From contig OZ059897.1 in NCBI GenBank assembly GCA_964057225.1, positions 9,734,001 through 9,798,000 of the forward strand: 64,000 nt of DNA. The letters run 5' to 3'. Shown here piece by piece: positions 39,428-52,235 of the stretch. Numbering within the stretch: position 1 is the first letter of the stretch; every line of letters begins with the position of its first letter. Position numbers and translations under genes: made by a program. The stretch is from Auanema rhodensis (taxonomy: Eukaryota > Animalia > Nematoda). The notes under the pieces were generated by a model. That model made no database searches, was not told where the DNA came from, and was given only the letters and a program-made list of their open reading frames with translations.

Positions 39428-42400
39428 ATGGAATCGTTAAAATCAAAAGCGATACGATGGCTAGAGGATAATCGCGGATTGGTTATTGTAGCTTTCTGTC
39501 TGCCAGCCAGTTTTGTAAGTTCTAAATACAATTTTCATTTTTCTTAATTTTAAAAAATTGTTGATTTGCAAAAGAAAATGTCTTTGATTTTTAGATTTTC
39601 GACTGTTTTATTCAATTCCGTATATGGCTTAATCGTACATTCTTCCAAACACATTTAAGTCATAAAGAAAAAGTTAAAGAAATACAAGATCGGGTAAGAA
39701 TATTAATTATTCTAATTATATATTAAAAATAAATAAATAATCTATTTTAAGGTCAAAGAATGGCAACAATTACCAACAAAGGATAAAAAGCTTCTTTGTA
39801 CTGCAAGGCCGAATTGGCTCAGCTTATCAACAACATTTTTCGATAAGGTAAAAGAGAGAGAGAAAAAAAAAGAATTTATGAGTTAGAAAAGATCAAAATG
39901 AACCAAAATTTAGCTTTATATGGAAAATTTGAAACAATTCTGAAAAACACGTTTTTTCCAGTTATAACTATTGAATCGGTTGAATTACAACAAGTTTTTG
40001 ACTGTTTGAACTAGTACGAAAAGTAAACCAGTTGACTTGAAAAAACGTGATTTTTGCTTGAATTTTCTGAGAAAGTGGTTGAATTACCTGGAAAAAGCAT
40101 GAACATCAAGCAAGGTAATTTCAAAAAAAAATGTAATTTTGAGCTATTACAAGTTTGTAAACGATGTTTGACAATACATTCTCATTGATGTGAAAATGTT
40201 TGAAATATAGAACCGTAGGCGATATGTATAGATGGAAACGAGGGGACAATGATTTCCGTATAAGATGAAACGAACAACTTAAGACGAAGGGGAGATTCAT
40301 ATCGTAGTCTAGTAACATATACCGAGGCTTTCATGACGAAAACTCACTAAAAATAGAAAAAAGTTCAATAAATTGGTGAGCATAAATCAGTTTGTCTACT
40401 ATATAGGATACAATATAATTTAGATTGAGCAGTTTTTATCTCTTTTTCATTATTTTTCAGACTAAATGCCATCAAATTCCAATTGACTTGCATGATGTTT
40501 TGAGTCTAGATGAAGCTAATCTCACTGTAACTGTTGAACCTAATGTCACAGTTCATGAAATCTGTCAATATCTTGTTCCCAAGTAAATGATTTGTTTTTC
40601 TAATAATAAAGCTAATTCTCAAATTCTTTAGGGGTTATACCTTAGCTGTTACATTAGAATTTGGTGATGCAACTTTAGGAGGATTAGCGTTTGGTGTTGG
40701 AATGACCACATATTCTCATAAGGTTTTATAATCAAGTTTAATAAGTTTTGAATAAAAATAAAAATATAGGTTGGATTGTATCAAGAAGCTATTGAAGAAT
40801 ATGAAATAGTTACATCAACAGGAGAATCAATTATGGTGAATAAGGAGAACGAACATAAAGAATTATATTATTGTTTACCATGGTTATCATATTCAATAAT
40901 CATTTCAACAATATTTATATTTGTATTTAGGTCACATGGAACTCTTGGCTTTCTAGTTGGCTTGAAGTTAAAAATTATAAAAGTTAAGCCATATATTAAA
41001 ATGGAATATATTCCTGTAAGTAATAATTATCATAATTATAATAATTATTTTTAAGTGTCATAGTCAAAAAGAATATTGTGATAAGTTGATGGATTTATCA
41101 GGAGCATTAGATAAGGCAAAATAACTAAAATTTATTGAATCATTTAAAATTCTTTTTTTTGTAGGATAAAACGGTTCCAGATTACCTTGAGGCTACTATC
41201 TATGATAAAGATAAAGCTGTTATTATGGTCGGAAATTTTGTTGAAGTTGATAGCATTGAAAAATGGTTAAAAGTATACTGAAGACAGGATGTTGAAGTTT
41301 GAAATACTTCTTGTATTTAAGGTCAATGATGTTTGTCGTTGGTGGAAACCATGGTTCTATAAGCATGTTGAGACAAAATATGAAGAGGGTAATTATATTC
41401 AAGTTTATATTGAAGTTTGATCTCATGTTACAGGTGGTTATGAATACATTCCCTTGAAATCTTACTTACTTCGGCACAATCGTGCCATATTCTGGGTACT
41501 TGAAAGCATGATTCCATTTGGAAATCACCCAGTTTTTAGGTAATAGTTATGATTTATATTATCAATCTGATAATACATTCAGAGCTATAATGGGATGGTT
41601 ATGTCCTCCTAAGCCAGCTTTCTTGAAGTTCACAACAACTCAAGCTATTAGAGAAATGACTTTTGCTAAGCAGGTTGCTACTATACAAACAGTTGTTTTT
41701 ATCATTTTTCATCAAAATGTTTCAGGTTTTCCAAGATATTGTCATGCCCTTAGATACATTAGCTGATCAAGTTAACACTGCTGTTAAGCTGTTTGACACC
41801 TATCCTCTTCTAGTCTATCCTTGCCGTGTTTATGATCATCAGATGGGACCTCAAGGACAATTACGGTGAGAAATCGTTAAATGTTCAAAGAATCTTTTAA
41901 CTTCATTAACAAATTTGGTTAAAAATTAATTTTGGTATGTAATATGAAAATTCATTTGTTAGACAAATTTTACGTGAAGTGCACGTAATTTCCACGTGAG
42001 TTTCACGTTGATATGCTTTCTACACGCTCACATTACGCAAAATATGTTATAAGAATAGTTGCATTCTTTTATTCGCATCCCTTTTTCCGAATATGATGTG
42101 TTGTTTCAGGGCACCACCTTCAAGTCGTCTTGTGCCCGGAACAAATTATTCAATGTTCAATGATCTTGGAGTCTATGGTACTCCAGGTCCTGTAAAAAGA
42201 AGAGAAGATTATAATCCAACATATGCTATGAGAGCAATGGAAAAGTAAAGAATTTCTTTTCATTTTTCATTCAAAAAAGTAACAAATTTCAGATTCACTC
42301 GTGATGTTGGCGGATATTCCTTCTTATATGCTGATATCTTCATGAATGAAGATGAATTCAATGTTATGTTTGATATGACTCTATATGAAAAGGTGATTTT

Positions 42401-42560
42401 TCTCAAAGTTTTTTTATGATTTGAATAAGTGTTTTTCTTGTTTTAGGTTCGAGAGAAATATGCATGCAAAGACGCTTTTCCCCGTTTATATGATAAGGTT
42501 AAGCCTGAAATAGATGTTATAGCTATTGGAGAGCAATATGCTAAAAAGAAAGACGAATAA
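39428..42560 (+). CDS. dhcr-24: Delta(24)-sterol reductase (DHCR24/DWF1 family FAD oxidoreductase)
   Basis: [29 protein letters not shown]..., [93 protein letters not shown] and AFPRLYDKV; stop TAA 42558-42560. One intron needs a GC donor (41116). Confidence 0.95.
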
Positions 42561-42744
42561 TGATTGATGACAAATTATTTAATTTTTTTTCCAAATAAAT
42601 ATCAAACAAATAGTTAAAAACGTTTATTGGGGAGACAGAAAGATTGTTGATTATTCAATTTTATAATACAATTTCATATTTATAGGTCTTGTTTTTGTAA
42701 TTATAATGTACAGTTTGAAGAAATCAATAGTGAGTCTTCTGAAT

Positions 42745-44072
42745 TCAATCAGTGTTGTTATCAGTGTCCTTGAAGAATCGACGCATCTTCACGAAGTTCT
42801 GGAAAAATTATCATACAAGTAAACATATTTTGAGAAAATATCTGAGACGCATATGAACAAACCTTTGGAGTTGTAGTGAATCGGAAGTTTGTATGAGCTG
42901 GAATAAGAATGAGATCACCATTTTCACATAGAATACGAACCCAATGGCCGTCCTGAAAATAATTGAAAAGTAAGCTGAGAGGAAATCATTAAATTCTTAG
43001 GATATTCAGTGATAATGAAATTTCAAAAAAGGAAAAGATATGAGATGATAAAGAGAAATTGAAATGATGTAATGTTTTGATAAAAATATTTTAGGAAAAT
43101 TAGATTTTTCGTATCTTTTCTTTCTTCTTTTCATCTATCTGTCTAACTAAAGATCATGTGGCAAGACCATTCCCCCTTCTCACAAGATACTTTATGATGT
43201 CAGATTGACAACAAAAATAAGAAAAAGATAAACTAAACTAGCGATGACGTAAGTTCTTTTTTTTTTTTTTTTTTTTTGAAAATTTCCTTTAAGTTAAAGA
43301 GAACCTGTTTTACCACCACAACATGGATATATCAAGAAAACTTGAGAATTCAAAATTTGAAGTTTTAACCATTAGCTTTAAAACTTTTTTTCTGCCGAAA
43401 GTAGTACGTCAGATAGTAAAACTTTGGGAAATTCGACGAAAAAGTTGGTTGGAATATTAAGGAATAAACTAAAAACATGTTTACTTACCTTATCTTCGAC
43501 ATCATAATAAGCACAACCATCAATAATCATACGAGCTTGATCCTCAGCGATGCAGGACTCTTCAAAGAGCTCCTCAATCTGATGATGGTAAGATCAGTTA
43601 GCATTGGATGAGAAAGACGAAGTTACCTTGTCTTGGAAGTTGGCCGTAGTTTCAGCATCAAGAGTGAATATATCTTCTCTCTTGAATGATCTTTCCTTTT
43701 TCAACAAAGTCAAACGCTTAGATAAACCAACTTGATCAGTAATATCTAACTGAAAAAAGTTTTTATGAGATGATGTAAGACTAATTCGTTGAATTTCTTT
43801 GAGCATTTTTGATTTCTGATCCATTAAAGCAATTGTGGTCGTCATCGCCGCAAGTCTTTCTAACCGTTTTCATAGACCGAAGTTTGCATTTTTCTTCTTT
43901 AGTCTAATCGTTTGCCTAACTTCTATGAGAGAAGAATTTGACTGACCTTCCAGTACAGAGTACCAGTTCTCTTGGCAAGCTCATCAGGGTTAATCATTTT
44001 TGGTGGGAAAAGATGGTGTGGAAGTCTTGGATCTCCACATGGGTAAGGCTCCATTTGCCAGATTTGTACCAT
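42745..44072 (-). CDS. Acireductone dioxygenase (ARD/ADI1) family cupin, predicted catalytically inactive
   Basis: Five exons: [42 protein letters not shown]|LDITDQ...ANFQDK|[30 protein letters not shown]|[30 protein letters not shown]|[20 protein letters not shown] hallmarks ([18 protein letters not shown], xRFT) are present, but the metal ligands are replaced. Confidence 0.9.
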
Positions 44073-47000
44073 TTTTATATCTGAAAAGCAATGGAATTAC
44101 TTGACGATCAAAAAAAATGATAAAGAAGTAGCAAGAAACGACACAAATGGATTTGCATTGATGTAATTGAACTAATAAATTGAAGAGAAAAAGACTAAAA
44201 AGAGAACTTATAGCCAATCGTACAATGATACAACAGGCTTCTACAACAGTTTTTATTTTTCATTAAAACAGTTACAATTACAGCAATTAGAAGATGGGGT
44301 GAGACTTATTCATTAATTCATATTTGTATATTTTTGCTTATTCACCTTCTCTAATACGTAGATTTGAAAAAAAAACGAAAAGAAATTCAGATCGACAGTT
44401 AGAGTGGATATTACACGAATAAGATGGCATAACACTCAACATTGATGAGAACACATCAAGCCCATTTATGGTAGCAGATAGACCTGTAGAAACAGAAAGT
44501 CTGATGCCAAAAAGGGGGTGTATTGAATGGGAGGGGAAATAAGAGAAACATCTGAGAAAGAGAAAGAGACTGTTGAGAAGGTCAACTAACTAGCTACGAG
44601 AATTATCTTTTTTTTTCTTCTAATTTCTCTTATCATCTACTTGTTCAAAAGAAATCTATCACTGATCATGAGAGAAGCAAACAAGAGGGGTTGAAAGCAT
44701 GACACTGTGTTTCAATCAGCCTATCCCATCCTCATCTAAGCACTCAACTCTTCAACTTTAACCGATAACACCATTTCATCCACTACCTTTGCCTCTGAAA
44801 AAGAGACCGCAATTGGCTAAACGTGTTCCTATTCGTTTCTTTGAATCAAACAAATCGAAATATATAGTCGTAACGATTGGCAGCAACTTTTCCTCTATCT
44901 AGTTTATTTTGTTCAATAGACTCTCTACAAGCTATTTGAAGTTCATTGCTTATTTTAGTCTGTTCAGCCAATAAAACTCTGTTTCTAGAGAAAAGCTGGG
45001 CTAAATCGCTTAAATCTCTTTAGCTTTAAATTCGACATTCCTGTCACAATACTCTGTTATTTGATGTGATAACACCTAAAAACTCAAAGTTCGAATACTT
45101 GACTTCATCCTATTTCGCCTAATTCATCTTTTTCACTCACGCTCAATTTGTAAAACTCATGGAAATTGTTATTTCCGGTAATCAAAAAACAATTTTAAAA
45201 TAGAACCTATTTTCTAATTTTTTTTAACATGTAACTGAAGGACACTGAAATGTAAACATCTATAAAACTATCAAAGAAGGACAAAACATTTCAAGCTTGT
45301 TTTCTCATCATCTTTTTTTTCTTTATAATATAACTCAAATCAGTTTTCAATTCATCTTTAGAAAACTGTCATTAAATTACTTGAAAAAAAACTTCGAACA
45401 ATGATAAACTTTACGAAAGAACGATAGAAAAAAACTGTTTCTACTGTAATTATCTATTGTAAGCTTAGCATCTTGTACAAGAGCTGAAAATCATTTCTGT
45501 ACAATCATGTAATACTCAAAAACAACCTAATTACAGTGTTTTATAATATCAATTTACCAACAAAACAAGAAATAGAGCAAGTACTTAGCTGTTTCAAAAA
45601 AAATGCATAATTAAAGCTAAAAATGTGTATTGGGATTATAAATTGATTTTTTTAACCTAAAATTTATCTTTTGAATATATAATTTTAATGTTTTTTTTGC
45701 CTATTGCTTGAAAAATTTATGTTTTCCATTTTGCTTTATGGGATTGTTACTTTTACGATTATATATTTGTCTATATCTTGTTTTGTTTATATAATTTTGA
45801 AACAAAACTATTTCTATTTATATAAACAACTGATAAAATATATCTTGGATCGTTTCCTTCAAAATTGCATTGACTAATTGATCAAAAAACGATTTTTTTC
45901 AATGAAAATCAAAAGAAGGAGAGACAGAGAGAAAGAAAGAAAGGTGAAAGACAAATACAAAAAGTAATTTTAATAGACATAGTGATGATTGAATTTAAAG
46001 TATAAAGATTCTTATGTTCAAACATGAAGTTTAATATTGCATGTTGAAAAACTGAAAAACGGTTTGATTTATGTGGGACATATGTATATGCAACCGTTCT
46101 GCCATCAAAATCGAATTAAAATAAGATTTTTCACATGTGTGGTGAGTAATTACTGTTAAACGCGGTCGGCTTGAACGAAATCAAAGTAAATAGAAAACAA
46201 GAACAAAATAAATGAAAACAGTTAGAATGTAATAGAAAGTTATGAGAAGCTGTTATGAATGAGACTGTTAGCTTCATTGCCTTTTATAGGAAATTTCAAT
46301 TGTTTGAGTAGCCACAATTGACAACGGTCTTTGGGTTCCATGACTTACGATTAAAAACATGTTTAGATACCAAGAAGCTATGCCAAACGGACGTATGATA
46401 ACAACTTTCACAAACGAGTAGTAGAAAATTTGCAGAAGAAATAACGAAGGTATAAGGTAATTAGAGAAAAAAAGTTCTGAAAGATACGTGGAACAAACAA
46501 AAGAATAAAGTTATAATTTATAATTTATAAACAATGATGCTGCAAGTTAGTTGATCATATAAATTGATTCAAAAGCTATTATTCATAACTTTGCACATTT
46601 TTTCAAAATGTCTTCAGTTCTATCACAGTTCCCCGGCTGCACTATCCGGTTCTTTTTATATTATGAATTAGCGGCAATTTTATAAGTGTTTTCTCGGTAA
46701 AAAAATGTTTATGATGGTTCTTACTGACACTTATTCTATGTGAATCCACTTAAAATTCATTTATTTACAACAAAAAATATAGTCCCACACAGATTGATTC
46801 AGGTTGATTTGCAATTTTGACCACAATATACATGTAAGGAGTGAACACCGCATCAGGAATCGCGATCGTATCGACATATCCCTCAGGAATGAGAAGGAAG
46901 GGAATTTTGGTTCTAGGGTCAATTCAACAGTACAATTTTGAATAATTTGTGGGATGCCAAAACAAACTAATTACAACAGATAAAAACGTCCCAAGAAGTA

Positions 47001-47074
47001 GTAGTCAACACTACATTCTAAACTAAGGGCAATATACAGATATAAACAATCAACAAGAATTAAGTTATTTCAAA

Positions 47075-48647
47075 TTATTCGGATGTCTTTTTCTCTTCAT
47101 GAATTGACACCTGAAAACAAAGAAACTAAACTTTGATACATTTAATAGACTACTTACCTGGTCATACGCAGGAGGAGGTACTCCAGAGGGCTTACTGTTT
47201 TCAACCCATTCCTCAGGAGCCTTTTTAACTGGGCATGGTGGAGCGTTTCCTTGAACACGACCGAAAACTGGGAAGAATTGATCGCCCTAAACAATGTAGG
47301 ATTAACCAAATTTCTGAGCTAAATCTCGTAAACAAACCCTCATTCTGCGATAGTTGTTGTTTTTGAAGTTGTGAAGGAAAAGCAATCCAGCAAAGATTGT
47401 GGTCAATAAAGCAGCTGCCCCAACTCCAATCAGAACCCAGTGAAGAGTAGCTAACCATCTGCGAGGGTGATCACTACCTCTGATCTCGAGAACTATAATA
47501 TTTGAATGAATTCGGATCAAGAAATTAAAACTCTAGAAAAGATAAAAAGGTTTCACTTACAGAGTTGTCTTCCATCTGTAAAGTCACTGCTGACTGGCTT
47601 GCTGAGGATAATTGGTGATCCATCTTCAGCAATATTATCAACAGGAGAATCTGTAATAAAATGTAAACTAAAATCAGCAATATAAAGAATAAAGTACTTC
47701 CGAAAGCAAAGGGATTGTGATTCTGTGGTCTGCTGATCTGAATGTTCTCCTTTCCTTCCATTTCTGCCTTGATCCGCTTCAAGAAATCATTAGCAAAGGC
47801 TTGCATGACCTTATCAAAATGATCCATACTGTTGAATCTTTCTGCACTGAAAATACAAACTTGTTATGGTAAATCGGTTAAACACTTACGCTACAACAGA
47901 ATCATCATCTCTGCTGTCTTCAGATGCATCTTCTTGACTAGCTGGCGCTTTAAGGGCAAGAAGATTTCCGTTGACATCGGAAGGACGAAGAATATCCAAG
48001 AATGTTGATGGAATAGTTCCTTCTTGCTTTACTACCTAAATTCAAAAAATATTTAGACTCACAAATAAAAATAATAAACCTTCCACTGTGGCCGTCCTTT
48101 TCCAGAATAGTCCATTGTCATCTGAAAAAAACGATTGAAGCTATGCCTATAAATGATTGAAAAGGATTAAATCCCTATAGCTATCTTTGCTTTTATCATA
48201 AAAATGTGGAAAACAAAACGAGAAGACCACCATGATTATGAACCAAAAAAAGATAAAAATGATAAAAACCATATTTAGCACATTATTATAGAATTAGTGA
48301 ATTAACTCACGAAAACGCTAGTTGACATTGGAAGAGAGCAAGCATAACGGCAAGCTGCATCCTCATCAGTAGAATTTTCAAATTTGGTATCACACTTAGA
48401 ACGGCAATCAAAGAAAGCCTTGAAGCCATCACTTATGGATCCGCGAGACTCACAACCAAAGTTACAAGCTTCCTTAAATAGAAACAGAATTGTTTAGAAA
48501 ATGAATAAGTGGAGACACTTGAAGTGAAAAAGAACCAACCAAAGGGATCTTGGCTTCTTCATATTTGACTGAGCATCTCGACTTACAGGTCGATACGTCA
48601 CCAGCAATCGCTATACCAATAAGAACAAAAAGTATAATAACCCTCAT
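47075..48647 (-). CDS. Type I membrane protein with Cys-rich ectodomain and cytoplasmic PPxY motif, TMEM59/BSMAP-like
   Basis: Signal peptide MRVIILFVLIGIAIAG; Cys pattern CKSRC..EACNFGC..CRSKC..AACRYAC; TM segment WVLIGVGAAALLTTIFAGLLFL; tail ...GVPPPAYDQ|VSIHEEKKTSE*. The gene model is solid (8 in-phase GT-AG introns). The TMEM59 assignment rests on Cys spacing and topology only. Confidence 0.7.
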
Positions 48648-50292
48648 TCTAGAATAAAAATTGGAATAATTGGTTAAAAATGTAGAATTTTAAACAAAAT
48701 TGAGAAAAATAAATCTGAAAGACAATTTCACTAAGCAAATAAACAGAGTGAACTGGACATTTAAAATGAAATACAAATGAAAATCCATCCGGCATACAAT
48801 AGAAAAATCTTGTTCAATGTTGAAGATGAGCAAAAATACGAAGAGCCTCCTCATACACACATACCAATTCAATAACGATATCTAGAACTGGGAAAAGGAA
48901 AATTCAGTCTTCTTATTGCTGACAGGCGAGAAATCGAAAATGACCACAACATGACAGCTTAGAAAAGTTAAAGCATTTCCCCATATTCCACGTAAAATGA
49001 ATAGAAGAGGTGAATGACAGTAAGTAAAATGGAAAAGAAGCAAACATATGGGGATGATGAAGAGATGTAAAAGCGGAGCGAGAACGAATGAGCGGACTCG
49101 ATCAATCGGGCACACACACACATACACACATACAAGAGAAAAAGAGAGAGAGGGAGTGACATACACACACACAACACTTCGCGAGCGGCCCTGGCTGTCT
49201 CTCGGTCAACTAACATTAGCGGATATGGGACACACGAAGATAGACAGAAAGAGAATAGCACGAAAACGATCTAAAGATTTTCTAACTATGTATGTGTCTG
49301 AGAGAGAAGAAGGAAAGAAGAAGAAAGAGAAGAGGAAATAAAGAGAGAATGGGAGTAATAGAAGAATAGAGAGACATTGGATACAGACGGAGAAAAGCAA
49401 AGAGAAGCAAAACAGTCAAAACTATCATAAAGATTAAATTTGAATTATGAATACATGACTGATCCCAACATCTGGTAAGTAGTACCAGGATGTATGACTA
49501 CATTCTGAACACTTGTTTCCATGAGGCTTAGTAATTGGTGGCTAGCACACATGCTGAGATCTCTCATGGACGACTATTGTCGTTCATTATCTAGAATATC
49601 AATAATGCAGAACAAACTCGGAACTTAAAAGGGGTTTAATAGAGATGAATTAACTGATAATAGCGTATAAATAACAGATAAACACGGAATTATCGATGTT
49701 TTTGGATAAATTTCTCACTTTCTGTAAGAATTTCAAATATAGGTGTCATTTGATAATCCTTACCATCGCTTACAACGCAAACTTCATATCAGTTCGATAC
49801 TTTGAATGCAATATTTGTATTCTTCAAGCCTGTCTGTCTCACCTATAACAGTTGCGTATTAGAGAAGTTAGTTCTTTACTTTTCGCAAGAAAGTGCCATC
49901 TAACGATAATCGAAACTGTAGAATACACTGTATCTAACGATTTCCTTCACTTATTCACCCATTTAACTTCTTTTCTGAAAAATGGCTGGCATCTATGATA
50001 CATTTTGCTACATTAACAATTCCAAAATACAATTTTTGGATGAATGAGTGAAAAGACCCAACAGAAACAAACCTTTGCTCTCTGTCAGACTTAAAAAGTG
50101 GTAACAAGGCCAAAAATTACTCATGAAAGGAAACATAGACAGCAATATTTAAAATGAATAAATACATAGAAATTTATATAAAAAACTGTTGAGATGTGTC
50201 ATATAGAAAGAATATGAAAATTAATATAAAAAATAACAAAAACTAATATTTATCTCTAACTTTCGTTTCTATCTCTATTCAAAGTACTATAA

Positions 50293-51981
50293 CTATGGTT
50301 TGAAAACTAAACTATCAATATTTTCTATTGCTTGCTTTGGACTATCTTTAAATAGTAAAAAGTGGCCCTGCAAAGTTGCGGGAGAAATCTCGATATTGAA
50401 TTTTTGAATTTTCGCCAGAAGATCTTCAGTTAGCTGTTCTGTAGCTTCATTACTATAGAACTTTGTAAACATCTACAAAAACAGAGTATAACATTGACAA
50501 TAAGCACGTCACTAACCCTTCTAATCATTATTTCAGAAAGATTTCCAAAATATTTTTTGACATCAATTCTGCCCGGTCTGATTAGGGCCTTGTCAAGCTT
50601 GTCGATGTAATTAGTTGTCATAAAGATAACTCTCTCTTCCGCGCTTCCTACGCCATCTATGGCATTAAGTAGACCCGATAAGGTTACTCTAACAACAATT
50701 AAAACATATAAACAAACTATTTTGGAATTTTTAAAACCTAGCTAATCCTTGATAAGCAGGATGATTGTTCATGGGATCATCTCGACTAGAAAATGCAGCA
50801 TCTATATCTTCTAAAATTATTATACTATTTGGAGGAGCAGTATTTATTAAATGATTTAGTCTAAATAAATCAATTTAAATCAGTTTCATAAGAATATCTA
50901 ACCTATCATCATCCAAGGTTCTTTCACTAAGTGATAGCATACATACACTGTATCCGAAATGACTAGCAAGAGCAGATATAAAACTACTTTTCCCCGTACC
51001 CGGTGGACCATAGAAAAGATAACCTCTTCGATAGGGAACACCTCTATCTGCATACCTTAATAATTGTTTTCGTCTGAACACACGCTATTGAATGTGTACC
51101 ATGAAGCGGAATCAAAGAATTGCTTCAAATCCGACAAAAGTTCTTCGGCAATATTTGAATCTAAGACTACAGAATCAACCTCTCTTTTTCGTCGTGGCAT
51201 TCCAAACCGAACCCATTGCGGACCAATTGCTTGATATATTACTAATCCCGTTTGAGCCTTTAAAACAGCATTCATATACGTCAAAAAATGAAGTACCAAC
51301 ATGGGAAACTCCCTCAAGCGTAGCATTTTTTAGCATATCTTGTAAAAACTTCGGATCCGTTCCCAAAGTTGACAAAGTAACTGTTTCAAATGGTGTCCGA
51401 TTTCCACCGGCTTGTTGCACAGTATGCTTTTCACGTTGTCTTTCCACTTTAATCCATCTTTAAAATTTATCAGATATAAGTAAGGGGAATATGTATTACC
51501 TATAACTATGAACAAAAAAATGTTGACCATGTCCGGGAAGATAAGACACATTTACGGCAGTTTTTCCACTCTCCGTTTGACTTATATTAGTTGACACAGA
51601 TAACTTGCGCGTTTGGGAAGCGCTTTTTCGATTTACAAAGTCAAGAAGCCATTGATACGATCTATAGAAGAGCAAACTTAGAGAAACCTATTGATTTCTT
51701 ACGGATCTTGATTATTAATTTCAAGTGAAATGATGAATTTCCTTCGGAAAACGGTATTAGCTATGATAGAAAACTTCTTCAAGACCCCCATGGCCAAGCC
51801 TATCAAATTTAACAGTATATTTATTTTCCTTGGGATGCCTACCCATTCCAGCTAACCCAGCTCCAGCATTGAAATAAGGGTTGCTAGTGAGACTATCAGA
51901 TAATTTATCAAAAAAAGAATTACTAGAAGAGGGAACAGCTAGTGCATCATTTACAATATTTCTAGGTTTAGTATCTACCAT
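50293..51981 (-). CDS. bcs-1: Mitochondrial chaperone BCS1 (AAA ATPase; Rieske Fe-S protein insertion into complex III)
   Basis: [47 protein letters not shown] (Walker A), ILEDIDAAF (Walker B), [42 protein letters not shown]; TAG at 50295-50293. Confidence 0.97.
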
Positions 51982-52235
51982 TTTGCAAGCTCCTAAAAAA
52001 TTTACTAAGCTATATTAGTAAAAATATACCCACCTTCTTTTCAGCTTACAACAAAATTTGTTACGTGAGGTTAAAAATGCAAACGAAAATTTTTTCAAAA
52101 TTTAATAGTATTTTTGTTGCGACGATAGTTTTTCAAGTTTTTAAACGAAATCTTGTATATCTTTTAATTTTGTATATTGGATGACTTAGTTATATTTTCA
52201 TTGATTTCTATTTCCGGTAGTTGGTATCTAACTGA

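Noticed and set aside
46621-46643. tatcacagttccccggctgcact, beginning with the miR-2/miR-43 family seed TATCACAG
   Set aside because: There is no complementary arm on either side, so no pre-miRNA hairpin.
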